Assembly: GCA_964388035.1 (NCBI GenBank)
Contig: CAYLZE010000029.1
Span: forward strand, 1 to 49,350
DNA length: 49,350 nt
Direction of reading: 5' to 3'
Source: an uncultured archaeon
GTDB lineage: Archaea > Asgardarchaeota > Lokiarchaeia > Sigyniarchaeales > SOKP01
Part shown: positions 1-6,700 of the stretch, in pieces
Layout: each line of letters begins with the position of its first letter
Numbering within the stretch: the stretch's first letter is position 1
Program-made: the position numbers and the translations under genes
The notes under the pieces: generated by a model
The model's database searches: none
Seen by the model: only the letters and a program-made list of their open reading frames with translations
What the model was told of the DNA's origin: nothing

Positions 1-322
1 TAGCATGGATCGTGAAAACATATCTATGAAGTTCTGCGGAACATGGCCCTTCATAATATAATGTTCCAAAATCATTTTCTATCTCCTCTCCCTTAATTTC
101 TCCTCCTTGTGGAATTTCCTTGATTTCTTTCGGGATATTCACTATATACCAATGGCTCCAATAACCTTGCTCATTATCAATATCTAAGCAAGAAAGAGCA
201 AAACTCTTGGTAAAGGGTGGTTCATCATACCATTTTAAGTGGGGATGAATATCAGCATCATCACAGGTAAATAAGGGATTCATTTTTTCATTATCTTTGA
301 TATCGTTACTTATCAATTTCAT
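1..322 (-). CDS. YbhB/YbcL (PEBP/Raf kinase inhibitor-like) family protein, truncated by window edge
   Basis: Manual translation from ATG at 322: MKLISNDIKDNEKMNPLFTCDDADIHPHLKW...SFALSCLDID...WSHWYIVNIP...NDFGTLYYEGPC...HRYVFTIHA. The TCD, HW, NDFG, YxGP and HRYxF motifs match this family. Not in the ORF track. Confidence 0.88.
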   Translation of the reverse strand, partial: MKLISNDIKDNEKMNPLFTCDDADIHPHLKWYDEPPFTKSFALSCLDIDNEQGYWSHWYIVNIPKEIKEIPQGGEIKGEEIENDFGTLYYEGPCSAELHRYVFTIHA

Positions 323-634
323 ATTTTAGTCCTTTGTGGTTTAATTGGAATTAAATTAAAAATAATTAGGAGGCAACATTAAGTTTTTTATTTAAATTGC
401 TAAATATAATTAATATAATAGGAATTATTAGGTTTTCCAAGGATAAAATTTAACATGGTTGATAAAGAAATTAATTTATTTTTTGATATAAATTAATAAA
501 ACTGTAGTTACATTTGGAAGTATGAAAAGATATATATTTATGGATTATGTTTAATTATTAAGTAAAAGTTCTTGACCTCAATACATTTTTCCCTTTTCCC
601 TTCATTGAATAATAATTGGAAATAGTAAGAGAAC

Positions 635-3454
635 ATGCAAAACAATCAGAAGTTACTAAAGACTATTATTGATAATTTGGATGATCTAATTTGCGTTATT
701 GAGGCGAATGAGGATTTCAAGATAGATTTTCTTAACGAACCTCTGTATCAAAAAGTATTAGGATATTCACGTAAAGATCTATTAAATACCTCTTTATTAT
801 CAATTATCCATCCAGACGATCGCGAAAAGGTAAGAGACACACTAATCCATCCATTTGTAACATCAGAAGATAAGCGAGAGTGCCGAATAAAAACAGAAAA
901 AGGAAAATATGTTTGGTTTGAATTTCATATTAACAAAAGGCACTTAAATCAAACAGACTCAAACATTCTAATTGTTTTAAATGTAATTGAAAAACAAAAA
1001 GCTTTAGAAGAAAAAGTTAAAGAAAGTGAGGAAAAATTAAAAAAACTAACGCAATTAATTCCAGAAATACGATTCTGGAAACTTTTTAGCCCTAAAAAAT
1101 TTGAAGAGGCTTTAAGGACTTCTTATGAAATGTTAGAGACTGTGATTGAAAGTATACCCCAATATATTGCATGGAAAGATTTGAATTTAGAATATCTGGG
1201 ATGTAATCAGAATTTTGCTGAATTTATCGGAATTAATCAACCTGAAAATATAATCGGGAAAAAAGATAAGAATTTAACCTGGTTTGAAGATAATAACCTT
1301 ACCCATTATGAATCTCAAGAAAGAAAGGTTTTAAAAGATAACCAACCAGAATTCAATATAATTGAATCTTGGAATCTTCAGAAGAAAACTAAACAATGGG
1401 TGAACGTAAATCGCATCCCCTTACACGATTCAAAAGGGTATGTGGTTGGCTTATTAATCACCTACGAAGATATTACAAAACGCATTATTGCCGATAAAAA
1501 ATTAAAGGAATCGGAGCAAAAATACAGGCATTTATTTGATAATTCTCATAACATGATCTTATTGAGCGATACCCAAGGAAATTTCATTGATGTTAATGAA
1601 GCGTTTTTGGAATTTACGGGATACGAAAAAAAGGAGTTAATTAGTGAAAATTTTAAAAACATTAATTATTATCCTGCTAATTTATCGCTTTTACAAAATT
1701 CTTTAAAAATTATCCGAGAAAAGGGTTCAATAGGTCCAATCGAAGTACAATTACAAAACAAGGAAGAAGATTTTAGGTGGTTTTCAGTAAGAGCATCGTT
1801 AACCGAAATAGATAACCAGAAATTAATACATATTATAATGGAAGATATCCATGAAAGAAAACTGGCTGAAAATCAAATAAAAGAGTCTGAAGAACGGTAT
1901 AGAGATCTTTTAGAAACCTCTTCAGTGGGTATAATTGAATTAGATTTAAGAAAACAAGAAATCCTTTATATTAACCCCAAATTGCTGCAGATCTTAGGAT
2001 ATGAACAAGAAACTAGCGATGGGGAAGAAATTGTTAAAAAAATCATCAAGACTAAAGGATATAATAAAATCTTGAAAGCATCCGATGAGGAAGAACTCGA
2101 ATTTCAAATCCATGATAAATTTGGAAAGCTAAAATGGTTATCTGGAAAGAAAGTAACACATTATAATGAACGGGGAGAGTTAATCAGCTTTCGACTTTGG
2201 TTAGAAGATGAAACTGACAAAAAAATGTATGAAAAGATTCTTTATGAATTAAATATCAATTTTCTTAATTTCACAACCGATATTAGAAATAATATTTTTC
2301 TACTTCTCTATAATTGTAAGAGTTTGTTAAATTCTGCGTTGGTAGTCTACGTATTAGAAGATATAGAACAAGATGGTGATATATTTCGGGTCATGACGAG
2401 TGAAAAGGAGACCTTCTTAGTTGAATCAAGTGAATTTTTCAAAACATTTTTCATGAGTAAACTTTTTCTTGAATCTCACGATTTTCCTCAAATTTTCATG
2501 AATATTGATGAATCTGAGTATAAAACCACGGATCCTTTCTTCAAAAGTAAATTGTATAAAGGATGTTATGGTCGACGTTTAAAAACACAAAAAGAATTCA
2601 AGGGATGTCTTTGTGCTTTTTTTACGGAAAATCCTACCATTTCAAATTATGATCAATATGTATTATTTTTAATCAGTGTAGCTATTGATATAGAAAAGAG
2701 AAGATGGGAAGGTCAAAAACACTTAGAAAAACAAAATATCATGCTAAGTGATATCAGTAAGTTAAAAACAGAATTACTTTCGAGAACTTCTCACGAATTA
2801 AAAACACCTTTAATATCTATTAAGGGATTTACAGAATTACTTTTGACGGTTCACAGCGGAAAATTGGATACCGATGTCATGTCCATCCTCTCAGAAATCA
2901 AGAATGGAAGTAACAGGTTAGAAAAAATTATCAATTCCTTATTAGAAAGTTCAAAATTAGAACAAAATAAGCTCATGCTTAAGCGTGAAGTGGAGGATCT
3001 CACTTTTTTAATTAAATACTGCATTAAAGAAGTAAAAGGATTAATAGATTTAAGAGAGCAAAATCTCATTTTAGACCTTTCTGAAGATCTAATAACTAAA
3101 TTTGATAAAGAACGAATTTATGAAGTTTTTTCCAATATTTTGATTAATGCCATAAAATATACTCCTCCAAAAGGAACAATTAGGGTTAAATCCGAACTAA
3201 CAGATGGATTTTATATAATATCCGTGCAAGATAATGGAATTGGATTTACGGAAGAGGAAAAGACTCGTATTTTCAAGCAATTCGGTAAAATTGAACGATA
3301 CGGAAAAGGATGGGACTTGGATATAGAGGGAACGGGATTAGGTCTTTATATTTCCAAAAAACTTATAGAACTTCATGGGGGCGAAATTTGGATGGAATCT
3401 GAAGGAAGAAATCGAGGAAGCACGTTTTGTTTTTCCCTACCAATAGAAAGATAA
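635..3454 (+). CDS. Cytoplasmic multi-PAS sensor histidine kinase (4 PAS/PAC, GAF-like region, HisKA, HATPase)
   Basis: PAS signatures (IHPDDRE, ESEQKYRHLFDNS, ESEERYRDLLE); H-box SHELKTPL; N-box NILINAIKYT; G1 DNGIG; G2 GTGLGL; no transmembrane segment. Confidence 0.95.
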   Translation: MQNNQKLLKTIIDNLDDLICVIEANEDFKIDFLNEPLYQKVLGYSRKDLLNTSLLSIIHPDDREKVRDTLIHPFVTSEDKRECRIKTEKGKYVWFEFHINKRHLNQTDSNILIVLNVIEKQKALEEKVKESEEKLKKLTQLIPEIRFWKLFSPKKFEEALRTSYEMLETVIESIPQYIAWKDLNLEYLGCNQNFAEFIGINQPENIIGKKDKNLTWFEDNNLTHYESQERKVLKDNQPEFNIIESWNLQKKTKQWVNVNRIPLHDSKGYVVGLLITYEDITKRIIADKKLKESEQKYRHLFDNSHNMILLSDTQGNFIDVNEAFLEFTGYEKKELISENFKNINYYPANLSLLQNSLKIIREKGSIGPIEVQLQNKEEDFRWFSVRASLTEIDNQKLIHIIMEDIHERKLAENQIKESEERYRDLLETSSVGIIELDLRKQEILYINPKLLQILGYEQETSDGEEIVKKIIKTKGYNKILKASDEEELEFQIHDKFGKLKWLSGKKVTHYNERGELISFRLWLEDETDKKMYEKILYELNINFLNFTTDIRNNIFLLLYNCKSLLNSALVVYVLEDIEQDGDIFRVMTSEKETFLVESSEFFKTFFMSKLFLESHDFPQIFMNIDESEYKTTDPFFKSKLYKGCYGRRLKTQKEFKGCLCAFFTENPTISNYDQYVLFLISVAIDIEKRRWEGQKHLEKQNIMLSDISKLKTELLSRTSHELKTPLISIKGFTELLLTVHSGKLDTDVMSILSEIKNGSNRLEKIINSLLESSKLEQNKLMLKREVEDLTFLIKYCIKEVKGLIDLREQNLILDLSEDLITKFDKERIYEVFSNILINAIKYTPPKGTIRVKSELTDGFYIISVQDNGIGFTEEEKTRIFKQFGKIERYGKGWDLDIEGTGLGLYISKKLIELHGGEIWMESEGRNRGSTFCFSLPIER

Positions 3455-3541
3455 GAGGTATTTCTCACGGAATGTTAGTAAATGATACCCTAAAATCAGC
3501 TTCGCTTTCCCTGCCAATTGAGAGATAGGAAGGGATCTAAT

Positions 3542-4261
3542 TTATAGATTGGCACCAATTGCGTAAAAAACTAATAGCTCCAAGGGAATTAAGAATAAGG
3601 AGATAATTATCCATACAAGATCAAAAAGAGTATTTCCAAAAGTATTAAAGAAAATCACCCCATAAAAAGCGATTGCATAACAAACTATTCCTACTATAAA
3701 ATATTTATATTTTTTTTTTAACGCTTCATCTTTAAATGTTTTATAGATTTTAGAGGCATAAAATACAGAAGGTATGAATAGGATGACAGTAAAAAAGCAA
3801 GCAAATAGAAGGGAAAAGGTAATGCTATATTTTGGGCGCCACCCGGTCGCTTCATTATAGGTGATTCCGTTAGGAACAGAAAGAAGGAGAAAACTCGCAA
3901 GAGCAAATAAAATAATAATAACATAATCTTTTGGTCTAAATTTTACCGCTGTAAAATGAATCATCTTAACCAGAAAAAAAACTAAGAATATGGGAGAGAA
4001 TAGGTTAATATAGAGAGAAGTCATGTACATCAGATAAGAATAAGGATCAATTTTAATGGGAAATAAAAATGCTATGAGGAAAAAACTAAGAGCTTGTAAT
4101 AGGAAAAAGGTGCTTAGAAGAGAAGATAAAAGAGTTTTGTTTCTCCTTAAAATTCTTATAGAAAGAATAAAAAAAATGATTCCAATACTTAATTGAGTGA
4201 TATATACTCCAATAAATCGCGTGAGATCGAAAGCATCAATTAATAACATTTTACTGTTCAA
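3542..4261 (-). CDS. Multi-pass (about 7 TM) membrane protein, putative stand-alone sensor-type domain
   Basis: Seven hydrophobic segments with basic cytoplasmic loops (RILRRNK, LKKKYKYF); same layout as 16772..17497. Confidence 0.7.
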   Translation of the reverse strand: MNSKMLLIDAFDLTRFIGVYITQLSIGIIFFILSIRILRRNKTLLSSLLSTFFLLQALSFFLIAFLFPIKIDPYSYLMYMTSLYINLFSPIFLVFFLVKMIHFTAVKFRPKDYVIIILFALASFLLLSVPNGITYNEATGWRPKYSITFSLLFACFFTVILFIPSVFYASKIYKTFKDEALKKKYKYFIVGIVCYAIAFYGVIFFNTFGNTLFDLVWIIISLFLIPLELLVFYAIGANL

Positions 4262-4478
4262 TGATTCAATGATGAAAAATTTTAATTATATCTTTTTACC
4301 CGCATAAAACCCCTTGATATAATCAATAAGGGATTACCCTATTATAAAATTATGCAAAAATATCACGATAAAAAATATATTTCTTCCTGTAGCTCCGTCA
4401 TAAAAAGCTTGCATGGCTCATTTTATTATCTAATTCAATTGAAATTTACATTATTGGAAGAGATGTTTAAAAATTTTG

Positions 4479-4510
4479 CAAAAAAGTTTTATATATCAGA
4501 AAAAATAAGA
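4479..4510 (+). promoter_or_regulatory. Putative BRE/TATA promoter of the first small membrane-protein paralogue
   Basis: AAAAGTTTTATATATCAGAAAAAA resembles AAAACTTTTTATACTGAAAAAA upstream of the paralogue at about 5424-5445. Confidence 0.35.
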
Positions 4511-4643
4511 ATACTTATACGTCCAAAATTTAATTATTAAAAACGACATCTATAATTAATTCGAAGAATTAGTTCTTTCTGAATTAATTCTATTTGAATT
4601 GATTCTTTATAAAATAAAAAATTAAAATAGGAGTGAAATATAA

Positions 4644-4970
4644 ATGGGAAATGGCCTAGGAATAGCTTCTTTAATATTGGGAATTATTTCAATACCCTTA
4701 GGTTTCATATTTTTATTTGCAGGTGCTATATTATCTGTGTTTGGATTAGGTGTGTTCGCAATTATTTTTCCGATTATTAGCATCATTGTAGCCATTATCG
4801 CAATTATTCTGGGAATCGTAGGGATCGCAAAGGGTTCTGGAAGGGGTATGGGGATCGCGGGTTTAATATTGGGAATTATCGGGTTAATCATTTCTGGATA
4901 TGCCTTGTATGTTATTATAATAGTAGCATCATATTCTCCATATTCTCCATATTCTCCTTATATCTTTTAG
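4644..4970 (+). CDS. Small DUF4190-like membrane protein, copy 1
   Basis: GIASLILGI...GRGMGIAGLILGIIG pattern typical of DUF4190; GGAG/GTGA SD-like motif upstream; C-terminal YSPYSPYSPY. Confidence 0.8.
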   Translation: MGNGLGIASLILGIISIPLGFIFLFAGAILSVFGLGVFAIIFPIISIIVAIIAIILGIVGIAKGSGRGMGIAGLILGIIGLIISGYALYVIIIVASYSPYSPYSPYIF

Positions 4971-5495
4971 TAAAAAAACCATAATTAACTAAAATCTTCA
5001 TTTTTTTTAATTAATTACTTTAATGTAAAAAAAGGATTCTTCGATATATTATCCAATTTCATAAATTATTCATCGAAGGTAACTCTTTTTAGATAATTTG
5101 ATTTGATTCTATTCTAAATCCCTAAGAATTTATTCATAAATAAATTTTAAGCTATTTTCTAAAACCATTAATTTTAATGGCTAGATCCTATTCAGGAAAA
5201 ATGCTTTAATTCTATCGGTTTAGAAAAAGCTAGGTTATCAAATTATAATTATTTATCAGAATTAATAACCAAATTAAGTAAAAAGAGTCAAGAATTTATA
5301 TTCCTCCGGATTTAAAAATAAAAAATTTTGAGATTTATTGAGGATTTATTATATTAACGAATTTTGTTTTCCATGAACACTCAGAGTGCACATTTCTGTG
5401 TATCATAAAAAGGTGATTATAGTAAAACTTTTTATACTGAAAAAAGTTTAGATCACTCATATCCAAAATAATTTTTTAAAAGTAGGTGAAAAAAT

Positions 5496-5777
5496 TTGGC
5501 AGGAAATGGTCCAGGTGTAGCTTCTCTGATCTTAGGGATACTCTCAATACCAATAGCTATAGTAGCCAACTTCTTCATGATCATATTTATAATTTTAGGT
5601 TCAATATTATTAGCTCTAGGCGTGGTGGTATTAGGTCTATTATTCGGACTCCTCGCCTTTATTTTAGGGATTGTAGGCATAGCTAAAGATAAGGGAAGAG
5701 GGATGGGAATCGCAGGTTTAATATTGGGAATCATAGGTATGGCTATTTCTGTTTTTGGCTTATTAGTTATCATCTAA
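5496..5777 (+). CDS. Small DUF4190-like membrane protein, copy 2
   Basis: Paralogue of 4644..4970 (GVASLILGI...GRGMGIAGLILGIIG); TTG start after AGGTGA SD motif. Confidence 0.78.
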   Translation: MAGNGPGVASLILGILSIPIAIVANFFMIIFIILGSILLALGVVVLGLLFGLLAFILGIVGIAKDKGRGMGIAGLILGIIGMAISVFGLLVII

Positions 5778-5903
5778 TTCATAAATGTTTTAAATTATTA
5801 GCTAACCCAAAAATTAGAATAAATTAATTTGAATTTTTTTTTCTTTTTGATATAATTGAAATAGAGTAATATATAATTAACTAAATGGTATTAGGAGCAA
5901 AAA

Positions 5904-6004
5904 ATGGGAAAGGAGTTATTGGATTAGTCATATCTGGGAATGCTTTTTATATTGTTCTTGTATAAACAGCATGTTCTTCATTATCTCCTTATTCCTTTCC
6001 TTAA
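5904..6004 (+). pseudogene. Internally deleted third copy of the DUF4190-like gene
   Basis: AGGAG SD and ATGGGAAA, followed out of frame by GVIGLVISGNAFYIVLV*TACSSLSPYSFP*. This aligns with the copy-1 tail GIIGLIISGYALYVIIIVASYSPYSPYSPYIF*. The downstream TAAAAAAAC(C/T)ATAA is also shared. Confidence 0.75.
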
Positions 6005-6078
6005 AAAAACTATAAGTATTCAAATATTCTTGTTCTTACATTTTTAAAATTCCAAAATTCTTTTAAAAAGAAGTATGA

Positions 6079-6239
6079 TGGGAAAGGAGGGATGGATTCC
6101 TTCCAAAATAAGTTTCGGGAAGTTTGAACCCCCGGCCTCTTGGTTTTTTGCTAAAAAGGAAATCGGTTTAGTTCCGAACCAAGAATCAATTCAGGAAAAA
6201 TCTATAAAATGAATTCTTACCAAGCTAGACCACTTTCCC
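6079..6239 (-). tRNA. tRNA-Pro(CGG) with three introns (21/22, 37/38, 58/59)
   Basis: Removing 6217-6189 (29 nt), 6172-6145 (28 nt) and 6123-6094 (30 nt) gives a 74-nt cloverleaf: GGGAAAG TG GTCT AGCTTGGTA TGAT T CTTGG TTCGGAA CCAAG AGGCC GGGGG TTCAAAT CCCTC CTTTCCC A. Each junction folds as a BHB/BHL motif. CCA is not encoded. Confidence 0.88.
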
Positions 6240-6247
6240 TTAATGAT

Positions 6248-6532
6248 TTACGCATCTTTTACCTTTTCAAGGACAGAGAGTATTCGATATATGGTCGTTC
6301 GTGAATGGAAAGGAATATTGGGATCTGAAGTTAGATCATCTACCATGTACATGACATTTGATGATAAGATTCCGGGTGTTTCATCTCGTTTTGCTAGTTC
6401 TTCTATTGCCCTTTGGGCAATTCGTTTAATATTTCTGGGTACGGAGCGATCTTTTAGCATTCCTTCGAATAATACTTTCACATTTTCGAAGGCTTTAAGA
6501 ACCTGCTCATTAAAACTTTTATCTTCGGACAT
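6248..6532 (-). CDS. UPF0147 family archaeal protein
   Basis: DRSVPRNIKR and DPNIPFHSRT signatures; the real start is probably MSEDK at 6532 rather than the TTG at 6610. Confidence 0.9.
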   Translation of the reverse strand: MSEDKSFNEQVLKAFENVKVLFEGMLKDRSVPRNIKRIAQRAIEELAKRDETPGILSSNVMYMVDDLTSDPNIPFHSRTTIYRILSVLEKVKDA

Positions 6533-6700
6533 TCTTATAAATACTCCATTTATGTGATTAGGAGAATATTGATCTTGATAGTAATAGAAGTTGTAAAGTA
6601 TAAGTAGCAAAAATTAAGCAATAAATTTATTTTTTTTGAATTTAAATGTTAAAGGTTTAATTTTTAAATGGAGTTATCTCCGTATCAACCTTTAAGGTTA

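Noticed and set aside
4932-4961. YSPYSPYSPY tail resembling the RNA polymerase II CTD heptad
   Set aside because: It is a 9-bp microsatellite (TATTCTCCA) with period 3 aa, not YSPTSPS, on a small membrane protein.
4622-5773. Minus-strand ORFs 4622..4891 and 5453..5773, and + strand ORF 5486..5686
   Set aside because: Antisense or alternate-frame shadows of the DUF4190-like genes, which have SD motifs and family signatures.
6243-6557. 104-aa + strand ORF
   Set aside because: Antisense to the clearly recognisable UPF0147 gene.
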